A stretch of DNA of 64,000 nucleotides, taken from NCBI RefSeq assembly GCF_963921235.1, contig NC_086108.1:75084001-75148000 (forward strand). The letters are read 5' to 3'. The stretch comes from Mobula hypostoma. Lineage: Eukaryota. The position numbers and the translations under genes are program-made. How positions within the stretch are numbered: position 1 is the stretch's first letter; the number at the start of each line of letters is the position of its first letter. The notes beneath the pieces are model-generated. The model was given only the letters and a program-made list of their open reading frames with translations, searched no databases and was not told the origin of the DNA. This document shows positions 25,886-39,277 of this stretch, piece after piece.

Positions 25886-26659
25886 CACTCTAATACTTTC
25901 ACAATTCACCAATGCAGAAAAGATCTTTTAACATACTTTATTTTTCCCAATGTAGTAGTTAGGTTATTCACTTCAACTGTAATTTCATAATGATAAGTTA
26001 CTGTACGTCCCTTTTGCATTTCCATTGTAAATAATTATTTTCACATGTCAGACATTAGGGCATTAAACCATGATTTTTCATGATTTTTCAGAGAAACAAA
26101 TTAAACAAAATCTTAGAAATCATTTTAATTGTAAAAGGAGTCAACTTCTTCAGCTATCTTGAACTTATGAGTTTCATCAGGGTTTTTTTCCCATTTAATT
26201 TTGAATTTTTAACATTATTGGGACTGTACTCATTTTATTGAAACTAGATGTTCATTTAATTGAGTGTTGTAGGATGTCATGGATGTTTTATTGACTGTGC
26301 CTCAAACAGATGGATTGTCAGACTTGCATCACTATTCAGTATTGCTATCCTTTCTCCTCCTTTTATGCGGGTACGTTTTGGCTGCAACAGTTCAGTACCT
26401 GAATCATTATGGCATTGCTGAAACCAAAAGAGGGTAACACAAAGATTATAGTCTTAGAGTTAAACCCACAAAGAACTACGTAATTAACTGAGGTATTAAA
26501 AAAACATAAATAGATATTGCCAATTTAAATGAGTCATCATACTTGAAATGCAGTTTTTAATGCTTAGTACATTAAACCTGTTAATGCAGCAAACACAATG
26601 CAGCTTGGAAAATCAGTCTCCAGTTCAGGTGATTACAGGAATGAATAACTGACTGATAA

Positions 26660-26965
26660 GTGTGGACACTGTAGTGCTGATACCTCACCGCTCCCGCTCC
26701 TGATCCTGATTTCTGGTATTCGCTTCTTGTTTCTGTGATTGCCTGAGTTTAGGTAAACTCCAATTTCCTCCCACATATCAAAAAATATACATTTTGACTA
26801 TTGTAAATTACCCATAGTGTAGATTTTGGGAAGGGAAATCATCAGGGATAATTTATGGCCTGTGAAAAAGAAAAGATTACATGGAAATAAGTGGGAGAAT
26901 TGGATTGATGGGATTACCTTATGAGTCAGCATAAACTTGATGGATCAAATGGCCCCTTTCATTGT
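26660..26965 (+). mobile_element. Decayed HE1/V-SINE-like tRNA-derived SINE
   Basis: V-domain-like CTCCAATTTCCTCCCACAT, TGTAAATTACCC and CR1-type end GATGGATCAAATGGCC. Confidence 0.6.
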
Positions 26966-28055
26966 CAGATACAATTATGAGAATATGGTACGTCATTCTT
27001 CCTATTTCTGTTTAACATGATTCCCTCTCCTACTTTTATGATTTGAAGTAATGTTAGTTTCAAAACAACACTTATATAGCTGCGCAAAGGAACAATGGAC
27101 AGAAAGAAGAAAATGAATTGTAATGCATATTGAAATAAAAATAACTGTGGAGCTGGCAGGTTATGAAAAATAAATATAACAATTTGGAGAATTGGGGTGC
27201 AATCAGCAGTACGGATGTAGGTCATTCCAAAAGTTTCCCCTGGTTTCTGAAGGTTTTTTTCCCTTAAATTTCCCTCAGAAATCTTGCTATCAGTTGGATC
27301 ACTGGCCACAAAATCAGTTAGTCTATCATGAAAAATTACCTGGTTTACTAATGCGCTTCAAGAAAAGAAAACTGATCTGTTTACTTGCCTGGTGTGTATG
27401 TGTATATTTATAAAGTTTTCACCCCATTCAGGGCTGGTCTGCAACATCGACATTTCATGACTAAATTGAAAAAAGAGCTTGATAGAAGAGTTTGTCAATT
27501 AGATTTGCTAATTGACAGTTATTTACTAAATTAGAAAATTATTTGTAAGCTTTAAAAGTATACACATCTTCTTCTTAAAGTACCATCTTAAATTTTAGGC
27601 TCTTCTTAAATTCTTGCAGCCACAAGTTAATGTTAATTCAGTCTATGGGTGTCTCCAGTTTTGTGGCCACAGGATGCTTTGAGTTTGTCATTTTTAAAAA
27701 CAAAAACTGGTGCAGAAGGACAAGTTAATTTGATTTGAAACCACTAATGTGTATTTAGAATTCTGCATTCCTTTGCTTTAATTTAAAAACAATGTGATTG
27801 AGTAGAAACTCAATATCAACACTCAGTTCCTATCTTGCACACATAGTTGGTACAAAATAATTATATGTAGCTGATCTTTGGATTACTCAACCGAAATGCT
27901 CAGGTTTCAGAGTTCTTTCAAATACTGCTCTGGTTCAATGATAATAAGTTTTAAAAGTCTTTTATCAGAGAAATGTTAAGAGTAAAGTTCATATTTAAAG
28001 AAGGGATGATGGTACTTCCCAGTAGCCTTCCATTTGTTCAATGTCATGAACTTCT

Positions 28056-28112
28056 GAGATTGTGTGTGTGTGTGTGAGATTGTGTGCATGTGTGTGGTGT
28101 GTGGGGTGTGTG

Positions 28113-28143
<31 letters not shown>

Positions 28144-28218
28144 ATTGTGTGCATGTGTGTGGTGTGTGTGTGTGTGTGCGTGTGTGTGTGTGTGTGTGTG
28201 GTGTGTGTGTGTGCGTGC
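28056..28218. repeat. Compound (TG)n microsatellite with ~65-bp higher-order duplication
   Basis: TG runs; GAGATTGTGTGCATGTGTGTGGTGTGTG occurs at 28076 and 28141. Confidence 0.95.
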
Positions 28219-28624
28219 GCATTGAAACAATGAAGACTGAGAAGTGCTAAAGATCAGATACTCACTTGGTGCACTCAGTTTCACATCTAGCCTCAACTGT
28301 GGAAAGGAGCAGAGCCCTCAATGGGATACACCAAGGGATGACTTTGAACTTTTACTGTGCTCATGGACTTCTTCATCAAGTTATGGCATTGTTGCACTGT
28401 TGTAACTATATGTTATAATTATGTGGTTTTGTCAGTTTTTTTAGTCTTGGTCTGTCCTGTGTTTTGTGATATCACACCAGAGGAAACATTGTATCATTTC
28501 TTAATGCATGCATTACTAAATGACAATAAAAGAGGACTGCGTGTTCTCATAATCTGAGTGAGTTCAGCAGTGGCACAAAAGGTGGTGAAAAGCCAGACCA
28601 GGGGTTATAGTCCAAGCACAGGAT

Positions 28625-28830
28625 GTTCTACAGATGATAGAAATCCAGAGAAACACCCACAAAATGCTGACGGAACTCCGAAGGTCAGTCAACATCAAAG
28701 GAAAGGAATAGACTATCAAGCATTCATGCCAAGTCTTGATAAAGGGTCTCAGCCTAAAACATCAACTGTTTGTTTCTTTCCATAGATGCTGCCTGACCTG
28801 CTGAGTTCCACTAGCATTTTGTGTGTGTTG
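28625..28830. mobile_element. Older head-to-head PLE 3'-end element
   Basis: CACAAAATGCTGACGGAACTC... and ...GATGCTGCCTGACCTGCTGAGTTCC..TTTTGTGTGTGTTG; decayed hammerhead at ~28732. Confidence 0.7.
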
Positions 28831-29004
28831 TAGCCTAAAGCTAAGGTAAGCCAATTATGAATGAAATGAGGAGAAATTTCTTTTCTGAGAGGTACTGTAA
28901 TTCTGTGGAATTCTTACTACAGAAATCTGTTAAACCCAAATTAGTATTCAAGAAGGAGTTAGATATTGTTCTTAGGGCCAGAAGGAGCAATGTACTAAGT
29001 TTGG

Positions 29005-29570
29005 TGATTACCCATGATCCTTCTAGGGTGCATCACAAACTGGTATGGAAGTTGTCCTGTCCAAGACCGAAAGAAGCTGCAGAAGATCGTGAACACGGTG
29101 CAGCACATAACACAAACCAACCCTCCGTCCTTGGACTCACTTTACACCGCACGCTGTTGGAGCTGTGCTGCCAGGATAATCAAGGACACAACCCACCCAG
29201 CCAACACACTTTTCGTCCCTCTTCCCTCCGGGAGAAGGCTCAGGAGCTTGAAGACTCATACAGCCAGATTTGGGAACAGCTTCTTTCCAACTGTGATAAG
29301 ACTGCTGAATGGATCCTGACCCGGATCTGGGCCGTGCCCTCCAAATATCCAGACCTGCCTCTCGGTTTTTTTGCACTACCTTACTTTCCATTTTTCTATT
29401 TTCTATTTATGATTTATAATTTAAATTTTTAATATTTACTAATTTTTACTATTTTTAATATTTTTAATATTTAATATTTGTAATCCAGGGAGCGGAAAGC
29501 GCAGAATCAAATATCGCTGTGATGATTGTACATTCTAGTATCAATTGTTTGGCGACAATAAAGTATAAAG
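29005..29570 (+). mobile_element. Rex1/Babar LINE 3' fragment
   Basis: ORF 29014..29319 (GCITNWYGSC..DRKKLQKIV...LPSGRRLRSL..RFGNSFFP); tail AATAAAGTATAAAGT. Confidence 0.9.
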
Positions 29571-29969
29571 TGTACATGGGTGGAGGTGCTGAGAAGATGC
29601 AAGCTTGTAGTCCTTACTCTTATTCAGCAAGTACTCTTGCTCCTTGTTTTGTGTCAGATGCTTTCAATATGCCTTTAATTAATTGTACTTTGTTCAATAA
29701 TGTTTAAAAATAACAAAACTAGCATGCTTTTTAAATGCCTCTCTCAGACGCATTATGAAATTTTTCAAACTTTTATGAAGGTGAGGTCTAGCCAGCACTT
29801 GGAGGTCACACCACCACTTAGCTTATACAAGCCCCTGTATCTAGAGAAAACAAATCTGTGGGTAGTGTAATTCAGCTATAAGTGTTGTAGATCATAAAAT
29901 TGTTGAGGGAGTTTAAGAGGAATACAGATTACATTAAAACATCAGATTACTGAGCAGTAAATTGAATGG

Positions 29970-30080
29970 TAGTCATCGTGGCTATCCCCCGAGGTCGAGG
30001 ATGATGATTTTTGTTCTGTTGATCTACTTATGGGCTCTCAAGTGGCTTATGAGTCCAATCTTGGCTTTGAAAGTTCTTCG
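29970..30080 (-). mobile_element. RTE-clade LINE extreme 3' end
   Basis: Minus strand RTFKAKIGLISHLRAHK* (C-terminal Zn-finger-like motif) followed by a short 3'UTR. Confidence 0.65.
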
Positions 30081-32029
30081 GTCTGCTGTGTGAAAGTAGA
30101 AGAGTTGGGACGTTTTACTGTATCGTTGGTGCTGTACGCCACTTGATGTTAGTGTTGTTGCCACTGTGGGTTCAACATGTATATTAAGATCCTTCTGCAG
30201 AGCCCACTGTAAAGAGGAATCTGCAAAAGATAGCAATTCAGGAGAGGAATCTATTATAAACAGTACGTCGGAAAGAGAAATAGAGAGAGAGAAATAAATG
30301 TGCAAAGAAAAATTGATGCATACAAAGTCATTTTATTAAAGAAAAGTTATTAATTTTTATTTGGCAGCAGAATAAGAAATGTTGGGCCATGTGGAAACAT
30401 GTTCTAATTTGCTCCACTAATGGCAAGACTAAATCTTGAGTCATAAGCTCTACAGAAGTGAAAGCATCTGGCAAATCTTTCATGTACATTTGTTTTCTAT
30501 AGAGTAATGTAGGAAATTTCCTAAATGACGAAATGCTTACTATAATGGTGGCTAGACCCTTTCTGTGTATTTATAGGGAGTTCCATGAATGCTGCCATTT
30601 TCCTGGACATTTCTATTTCCGAGTGGATATGGGAGCCAGGAAACAGATGAAACTCCTTAAGTCAAGGACATTAAACATTACTTGAGTGAGGAAAGATTAT
30701 AAATGATAGGCTGAAAAATATCAAGTAAAATTGATTTCTAAATGAAAAAGGAAATAAATAGGTTTGGATGAATGAAAACGGTGGCCAAGAATTTCATGAG
30801 AGCTGCTCCTCCCGCACTGTAACCTCAAAACCTATTTATGTAGCTATGCCAGAGGTGCAGAGCAAACAGAATTTTTACTGCACTTCTGGCAGAGTAACGG
30901 TGGTCAGTCTGAGGAAATTCCATCTGGTATTTTTATTTATTTTAAATTGTGTTTTGCATATTTAGATATGATATATCTAATATTACAGTAATACAATATG
31001 CCAGATTTTGGAGTGTGGTACTGTAGAAGTGACTAGTTTTAGCTTAACGGTGCACAGTTCTATTTAAAAGAAAACAAATCATATGGTCTGCAAACATGAG
31101 GCACTTCCCTGCTCTCTGGCCGCTTTGAGAGCTGAAGGCAATGTGATCAATGATTCTGCACTACCACTCTATTAGCCGTGAATTGCAGAAGTATTTGTGG
31201 TCCTCTGCTGAAATACTGAAAATTAAATTGAAGTTGAACTTTTATAAACTTGTTCATTGTCATTGGATATTTGGCCTCTTTGAGCACGTTCTTCTAGTGA
31301 TTCCCATAACGTCTGCATTAACAATAATAAAATAAGGTTTACAACAGAAGTCAGTTAGCAAAAAAAAAAGCTCGACTATTCAGAACATATGAACACATGA
31401 AAGAAAACTAGAATATATTTATTGGTTCAGTAAAATATTTTGAAGCAAGTGCTTGCATTGGATATAGATTAATATATCCCCAGTTCCAGGGTGTCAAGAT
31501 CTCTGAGGATCTAACCTGGTCCCAGCATTTTGACGTAGTCATAAAGAAGGCGAGACAGCAGCTATACTTTATTAGGAGTTTGAAGCAATTTGGCATGTCA
31601 ACAAATACACTCAAAAACTTCTATAGTTGTACCGTGGAGAGTATTCTGACAGGCTGCATCACCGTCTGGTGTGGAGGGGCTACTGCACAGGACCAAAAGA
31701 ATCTGCAGAGGGTTGTAAATCTAGTCAGCTCCATCTTGAATACTAGCCTACAAAGTATCCAGGACATCTTTAGGAAGCGGTGTCTCAGAAAGGCAGCATC
31801 CATGATTAAAGACCTCCAGCACCCAGGGCATGCACATTTCTCACTGTTACCATCGGGTAGGAGGTACAGAAGCCAGAGGGCACACACTCAGCGATTCAGG
31901 AACAGCTTCTTCCCCTTTGCCATCCGATTCCTAAATGGACTTTGAAGCTTTGGACACTACCTCACTTTTTAAAAATATCTAGTATTTCTGTTTTTTGCAC
32001 TTTTTTAAAATAATCTATTCAATATGATT

Positions 32030-32496
32030 CAACACCTTATATTCCATCTGGGTAGCCTCCAACCTGATGGCATGAACATCGACTTCTCTAACTTCCGCTA
32101 ATGCCCCACCTCCCCCTCGTACCCCATCTGTTACTTATTTTTATACACACATTCTTTCTCTCACTCTCCTTTTTCTCCCTCTGTCCCTCTGACTATACCC
32201 CTTGCCCATCCTCTGGGTCCCGTCCCCCCCCCGTCTTTCTTCCCGGACCTCCTGTCCCATGATCCTCTCGTATCCCTTTTGCCTATCACCTGTCCAGCTC
32301 TTGGCTCCATCCCTCCCCCTCCTGTCTTCTCCTATCATTTTGGATCTCCCCCTCCCCTTCCTACTTTCAAATCCCTTACTCACTCATCCTTCAGTTAGTC
32401 CTGACGAAGGGTCTCGGCCTGAAACGTCGACTGTACCTCTTCCTAGTGATGCTGCCTGGCCTGCTGCGTTCACCAGCAACTTTTATGTGTGTTGTT
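32030..32496 (+). mobile_element. Young 5'-truncated Penelope-like insertion
   Basis: Near-identical to 23795-24257; exact 14-bp TSD TATTCAATATGATT (32016-32029, 32497-32510); short 3' end ..ATGTGTGTTG. Confidence 0.92.
32397..32432 (+). ncRNA. Minimal type I hammerhead ribozyme motif (intact core)
   Basis: AGTC CTGACGA A GGGTCTCGGCCT GAAACGTC GACT; predicted cleavage after C32428. Confidence 0.82.
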
Positions 32497-32823
32497 TATT
32501 CAATATGATTTACTTGTTTAGTTATTATGTTTTATTTTTATTATTTTTTTTCTCTCTCTCTGCTAGATTATATATTGCATTGAACTGCTGCTGCTAAGTT
32601 AACAAATTTCACGTCACATGCCGGTGATAATAAACCTGATTCTGATTCTGAATATTGAGATAAAATATGAAAGAAATATGTAAATTGATAAGCCTGGTAT
32701 TATCAAACTGAAATATCAACTCTAGTTCTCTGTCGACAGATACTGCTTGACCTGCTGAATATTTCCAATGTGATTTTAATTTCAAGATTTCCAGAATCTG
32801 CAGTTTTGTTAATTATTTATTTA

Positions 32824-33112
32824 GAGTTACAGCATGGAACAGACCCTTCTGGTCCAAAGAGACGCACCATCTAACAACCCACTTAATTTAACCCTAGCCT
32901 AATCGCAGGACAATTTACAATGACCAATTAACCTACCGTACCAACCAGTACGTCTTTGGAATGTGGGAGGAAACCAAAACACCCAGAGGAAACCCACGTG
33001 TTCACGGGGAGGACGTACAAACTCCTTACGGATGGCATCAGAATAGCACTCCGATCTCCGATGCACCCAGCTGTAATAATCACTTGCATTAATCACTACG
33101 CTATTGTGGTGT
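32824..33112 (-). mobile_element. V-SINE (HE1-like)
   Basis: V-domain complement TGTGGGAGGAAACC..CACCCAGAGGAAACCCACG and GGACAATTTACAATGACCAATTAACC. Confidence 0.8.
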
Positions 33113-35244
33113 CCCCTGTTGTCTTTTTTTGTCCTATCCCTTACACTTGATGAGGCAGATGATATACCCTGGATTTTGTTGTAACACAGTAATAATTAGC
33201 TTATATGGAATAGGGTAGCAGAGATGGCGATGTTGGGCACTTGGTACTACAGACTAATAATTTTATTGTTCATTGGAGGAAAATGTTTCTCTGAATTAAA
33301 ATAAGGAGTTTATTTACCATTAGCATTTCCATTTTCAAATAAATAACATTAACTTTTGAGGGGGAGATTCTAAAAATAAAAAACAGTCTTTCCAATATCC
33401 ATTGAAGGAGTCCTTTCTTGATTTGTGCACAGAGTGTTTAGAAAAATCTTTGTGCAAGTCGTTCAACATTTATCAAAGGCTGAGGATTTAATGCTCTAGC
33501 AAACTAGGCTAGGGTGATACAGCTTTCAGAACAGAACAGTAACAGAGGATTAGAGCCCACTTTCCTTGTTTCTTCCGGTTGGGTGGACAGAGAACAATTG
33601 ATCCTCTGTTCTGTTGAATTAGTGTTAGTTTGGGAAGTACTTTTGTTTAATTGGATTGATATGATGTATTGTTCTACACCTTGGCAAATTCCACATGTGC
33701 TGCATTATCAATGGTTTCTTCCTCAGTGCAGTCAACCCCTGTCAGCAGCCATTCATACAGCTTTCAGCAACAAATGCAAATGTTGAATAAAAAGACCAAT
33801 GTGGATGGTGTCATTCTGAAATAAATGCATCATCAACAACAAACTCCCCAGGCATTGATTTTCACTAAAATGGCAGTTAGTAAAATATCCAGAAAGGCTG
33901 GATCTTCTTTGTGCCACTATTCTCCATGTAATTAATAAACTGGGCAGTATTCCCTATTCTGTCTGATTGTTTCGCAGCTGGAAAGTGGGATGATGGAATG
34001 TTAAATGTTTCGTGAGGACCTTATGTGTTTCCTTGGAAGAAATTTTGGGCAAGATTTTATATGTGAATTCTAACTGATGTGACTCATTACTCAAAGGGAA
34101 AAATGCTTGAGGACTCTTAGGAACTATAGATGCCATTGCATGGTGTGGCACAGGTGAAAGATTGTCTACAGCTGACCCTGTCTTAATTTTAAAGGATAGA
34201 TTTAATATGAAAGAGGAGTAGTCCAGATCCAGCTGATACTGCTCCACATTCTGGTACTTCTGCGTGACTGAAGATTTTTCACCGCCCTTCCGCTCCTAGT
34301 CTTTAGGGCCAGAAGATTTTGAATGAAAATAGCTTATGTGCTTATATAATTCCATCAAAATTCCTTAACTTTTCCTGGAAGCTGACTACATTTCTGAACA
34401 AAATAGACTGGAAAAAGAGCAAAGGAATCTGCTGCAAAGTAAAATTGTGACCCATCTCAGGACACCGAACAAAATAGTTACTCATCCCTAAAGCTAGCTT
34501 TCTCAAAGTGGATCGCCTCTATTTTCGAGTAGCGTATTTTTGTAGCAATAAACTTTAAAACCTTAATTAGTGGACAAGATAGCTTTACATTTGAGACTGG
34601 TTTGCTGTTTTCTGCCTGTATTATAAAAGCAAGGGTCAATATTCCATGTATTTTAAGAACTTTTGCTTGAATTTTATGGCAAATATCAAGGTTTTTCAGC
34701 TTTGGTTTCTGAGTCGAAAGCCTTTTGCTGCTGTGAGTATGACCCCCAGCTCCCCCAACAGCACCACCCTAATCACATTAGAATTGTGGCTGCACAGAGA
34801 CACAATTCCAAAGCTCAGAGACAAGGTCATATGTATGATATTGACAGATCCACTGGTAATACACGTAATTGGATGTAATCAGATTTGCTGCCACCATCCC
34901 AGCAAAGTTCCAGTGAAGTGGCGGCACAGAGTCTGGAGGAATTCAGAGCTGTGTTCTTAATTTGACCGGCTGAACGCTACATTTCCCATAGTTTAATTTC
35001 CTATGGATAAAAAAGGACATTGTAAGTTATTTATGAAAAATGTTTTAATTTCCTTAGTAATTATATCAGTATATTTATGATCTTGTAATAAGGATATATT
35101 TAATCTTCATCATAGAGTTTTGACCTGTGCAATATCTGGACTCAATGAAAGCCAATTTGGTGGTCAGTGCTTACAGTCCCATTACATTCATGCTGAAATT
35201 TAGAAGACAGTTAACTAATATTATTGAAAAATATCTCTAAAAGT

Positions 35245-37282
35245 AAACTCAACTCTCTCCTTACTGATCTCAACCTTACCATCAAACCCAAACCCACAGA
35301 CAAAGGGGGTGCTGTTGTAGTGTGGTGCACTGACTTCTGCCTTGCTGAGGTTGGGCAGCAACTCTCAAACACCTCCTCATACCTACCCCTAGAAGAGGAC
35401 TCCACTCCAGACCAGCAGAAAACTGTCTCCGACACCATCACTGACCTCATCAACTCAGAAGAACTCCCATCCACTGTCAACAATCTCTTATTTAACTTAC
35501 CCTGCACTGCTCGTTTCTACCCCCTACCCAGATTCCTCAAACTGGACTGCCCAGGCAGCCCTATTGTCTGCATGCTCTTGTCCCACTGAACTCATATCCT
35601 CAAACCTGGACTCCATTCTATTCTTCTTGGTTCAGTCCCTTCGCACCTACATCCGTGACACTTCTCAGACCCTCGATCTCCTCAGTAACTTTCAATTCCC
35701 TGGCCCTGACTGCCTCATTTTCACCATGGATGTTCAGTCCCTATACACTTCTACCACCATCAACAAGGCCTCAGGGCTCTCCGCTGCTTTCTCAACAAAT
35801 TAACCAACCAGACCCCTCCGCCACCATCCTCTTCCATCTGGCAGAACTGGCCATCACCCTCAACAATTTTTCCTGTGGTTCCTCCCACTTTTTCCAAACT
35901 CGAGGGGTAGCCATGGGGACCTGCATGGGTCCCAGCTATGTCTGCCTCTTCCTTGGCTACGTGGAACAGTCCACGTTCCAAGCCTTCCCCAGTAATACTC
36001 CCTAACTCTTCCTCCTCTACACTGATGACAGCATGCACCCATACTGAGCTTGTTAATTTTATCAACTTTGCCTCAATCTTCCTTTCTGCCCTTAAATTCA
36101 CTTCCATCTGACACCACCCTTCCCTTTCTCAATCCCTCTGCCTCCATCTTTGGAGATATGCTCTCAACCTACTGATTCCCACAGTTATATTGACCATACC
36201 TCTACCCACCCTATCTCTTGTAAAAATACCATTCCCTTTTCTCAGTTTCTTCACCTCCATTTCATCTGTCCCATGATGTGGCTTTTCACTCCAGGACATC
36301 AGAGATGTCTTCCTTCTTCAAAGAACAGGGATTCTCTCCCTTCAGTATTGATGGTGTCCTCACCCGCATCTCCTCCATTTCCCGAAAATCCATGCTCACC
36401 CCACCTTAACAGTGATAGAGTTCCTCTTGTCCTTACCTACCACCCCATCATCCTCTGCATCTGACACATCATCCTCCACAAGCTCCACCATCTGCAAAGG
36501 GATCCTACCGCTAAATACTTCCCCCTCCACTTTTTGCAGAGATCGCTCTCTCTGTGATTCCCTTGGCCATTCATCCCTCTCCACTGATCTCCCTCTCGGC
36601 ACTTATCCCTGCAGGCGGCCTATCTGCTACACATGCCCAAGATCTCCTCCCTCACCTCCATTCAGGGCCCCAAACAATCCTTCCAGGTGAGACAACACTT
36701 CAACTGCAAATCTGCTGGGGTTGTCTATTGTGTCCGGTGCTCCCAATATAGCCTCCTCTACATTGGCGAGACCCATCGTGAATTAGGAGACTGCTTCATC
36801 GAGCACCTCCGCACCATCTTGTGCCAAGATGAGGACACCCTCAGGGTGGAGGAGCAACACCTTGTATTCATCTGGGTAGCCTCTAAACTGATGGCATGAA
36901 TATAGATTTCTCCTTCTAACAAACAAAATCCCCACTCTGATCTTTTACCTCTTCTCGCTTGCCTATTATTTCCTTGAGTCCCTTCCTCCATCCCTTTTCT
37001 CATATAGTCCACTGCCTTTTCCATCAGATTCCTTCTTCCCCAGCCTTTGACCTTTCCCACCCACCTGGCTTCACCTATCACCTTCCAGCTAGCCTCCTTT
37101 TCCTCCCCTTACCTTCTTATTCTGGCATCTTCCTCCCTCCTTGTAAGTCCTGAAGAAAGGTCTCACATTGAAATGTTGACTGTTTATTCTTTTCGTAGAT
37201 GCTGCCTGACCTGCCGAGTTCCTCGGGCATTTTGTGTGTGTTACTTTGGATTTCCAGCACCAGCAGTCTTTCTTGTGTTTAA
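35245..37282 (+). mobile_element. Long decayed Penelope-like element (RT, GIY-YIG, 3' end)
   Basis: PLE RT motifs DKGGAVVV, ARFY.LP, FTMDVQSLYTS, GVAMGTCMGPSY; GIY-YIG in ORF 36633..36899; decayed hammerhead at 37146-37181. Multiple frameshifts. Confidence 0.92.
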
Positions 37283-37424
37283 GGTAAAATAGTATTTTTA
37301 ATCCCATTAGGATTCCATGATAAATTTTTGCCTTTAATTGATAGAAAGGTGGTTAAGAAAATTCACAATTTATGGTCTGCCATGATTTAAAGCAGAAAAG
37401 AAAGGAAATGAAATAATAAACATG

Positions 37425-38110
37425 TGATTCCACAGATGGTGGAAATCTTCATCAACACACTCAAAATTCTAGAGGAACTTACCAAGTCAGTCAGCATCTA
37501 TGGAGGGGAATAAGCAGTGAATGTTTTGGGATGAGGCCTTTCACCAGGGCTGGAAAGGAAAGGGGCAGAAGCCAGAATAAGAAGTTATCCATCACCATTA
37601 TCAATATGTGCCATGTTGGATGGCGTAGAAAATCATGGTGACCATGATTGTTCTTGGCAAATTTTTCTTCAAAGGTGATTTGCCATTGTCTTAGAAACAT
37701 AGTGTCTTTACAAGACCGGTGACCTCAATCATTATCAACACTCTTCAGAGACTGCCTGCTTAACGTCAATGGTCACACAACCAGGACTTGTGAAATTCAC
37801 CAGCTGCTCAAATGACTACACACCTCTTGCTTCCATGGCTACATGTGACCCTGATCAGGGAGATAAGCAGGTGCTCCACCTTGCCCAAGTTGACCTGCAG
37901 GCTAGCGGAGGGAAGGAGCGCCTTACATCTCCTTTGGCAGAGACGTAGATCCACCCCAACACCCAAAGAAATTATCCAACTTCTGGTAATTTCTCCCCCC
38001 ACCCTCCTTTCCAGTCCTGATGAAGGGTCTCGATCAGAAATGTTGACTATTTATTCCTCTCCATAGATGCTGTCTGACTTACTGAGTTCCTCCACCATTC
38101 TGTGTGTGTT
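37425..38110. mobile_element. Older head-to-head PLE ends with a SINE inserted between the arms
   Basis: Minus arm ~37425-37580, plus arm ~37975-38110; hammerhead remnant at 38013-38048. Confidence 0.7.
37592..37965 (-). mobile_element. RTE-related non-autonomous SINE-like element
   Basis: TSD AAGAAGTTATCCA (37579-37591) / AAGAAATTATCCA (37966-37978); RTE/Bov-type motif ACAATGGCAAATCAC; TGA-type tail. Confidence 0.7.
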
Positions 38111-38224
38111 AAATACAGGAAGGACTTGTTTCCCTAGATTTTTATTGCAGTAACATTTCTAGCTGTACTGTTAGATCTTTTCATTAACAATAGTTTTGCC
38201 ATATTCTCACATTTATTTACAACA

Positions 38225-38515
38225 AAGAAGGAAATAAGTGGCCCATTGAGTCAATACCAACTCTCAGAGCAATCCTATCAATACCCTACCTCTAAATTTC
38301 TCTGCAATCCCACATATGTCCATTCACAATTCCTGATTCTTTTGCCATTAGAAACACTTGGAGAACTTTACAATAAACAAACTATTCTTTGTGATGTGGG
38401 AAAAAACAGAATCACCTGAAGGAAACTCATGAGAAAATGCCAACTTTACACAGACAGTACGTGAGGTCTAAGTTCAACCCAGGTCACCAGAGATAGCCGC
38501 AGTACCATCATTTTA
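38225..38515 (-). mobile_element. Decayed V-SINE
   Basis: GATGTGGGAAAAAACAGAATCACCTGAAGGAAACTCA..TGCCAACTTTACACAGACAG..TTCAACCCAGGTC. Confidence 0.6.
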
Positions 38516-38706
38516 CCCACTCTATCAATTTACAGCTTGTACTTGTATTTGAAACCGTCCCCCATGGCATAGAAACACGATTTTACTTGCACAGTTTCAT
38601 AGTATCTCTCATTTTATTTTCACATCTATCCTCAAGTGCACTCTGAGCTCATCTTGCCAACGTGGCACATGTCTTTACTCCTTTATGATTAAAAATACCA
38701 ATCACC

Positions 38707-38927
38707 TTGTTGCTGTTGTTGAGTGCCGTCAAGTCACTGTTGACTTATAGTGTAATTGTCTATAGGGTTTTCACCTATGAGTTTTCACAGCAAGATATGG
38801 AAGTAGATTGCCAGGCCTTTTTTTCTCCATAGATACTGTTGCTGCCCAGGTTGGGATCTGGCCAGATTTGAACTTAGGACCATCCGCCTTGAAGTCCAGT
38901 GCTGATGAAACTAAACCCCTGGCCGGT
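38707..38927 (-). mobile_element. tRNA-head / RTE-tail SINE (older)
   Basis: tRNA-like head related to 47790-47860; (CAA)n tail and TTGTTGAGTGCCGTCAAGTC RTE-type 3' end. Confidence 0.7.
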
Positions 38928-39277
38928 TTTACTGACCACCGTATCCCGTAAATAATATTCTCCCCTTAGATTCGAATCTTTTCCCAAACTATTGTCATTA
39001 ACTACATTGGATAAAATCCATCATTGATTCCTATTTATACTTTTAGGCTACTAGTCCCATTTCTGGGATGTTAAATTAACCAGACTATTCATACTATCAG
39101 CAGTGGTGGTTTTTCACCAAAGTAGGTTTCAGGGTATGTGTCTACTCTACTTCATGCTACTTAAACCCTCATCTATGTCTTTGTTGCCTACAGATTCAAC
39201 TTCTCAAATATTCTTTCTGCTCCCACACACTGTAAACTTCAACTTATTCAAAGCTGTACTTTCCAAATCTAATCATA

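Larger units (their letters stand above)
31480..32652 (+). mobile_element. Rex1/Babar LINE 3' part with nested PLE
   Basis: ORF 31580..31945 (NFYSCTVESILTGCITVW...LPSGRRYRS..RFRNSFFP); tail AATAAACCTGATTCTGATTCTGA. Confidence 0.92.

Noticed and set aside
27976..28296. His/Thr-rich ORFs
   Set aside because: Translation of the TG microsatellite.
37850..37965. Possible second HDV-like ribozyme at the 5' end of the 37592-37965 SINE (starts GGGTG, has a P4-like hairpin)
   Set aside because: I could not assign a canonical P3/L3 (loop too long or too short) or a convincing P1/P2 in this copy; it needs a consensus and covariance search.
37146..38048. Two same-strand hammerhead remnants as a retrozyme/circRNA unit
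   Set aside because: Both are decayed and belong to separate insertions; no tandem repeat unit is present.
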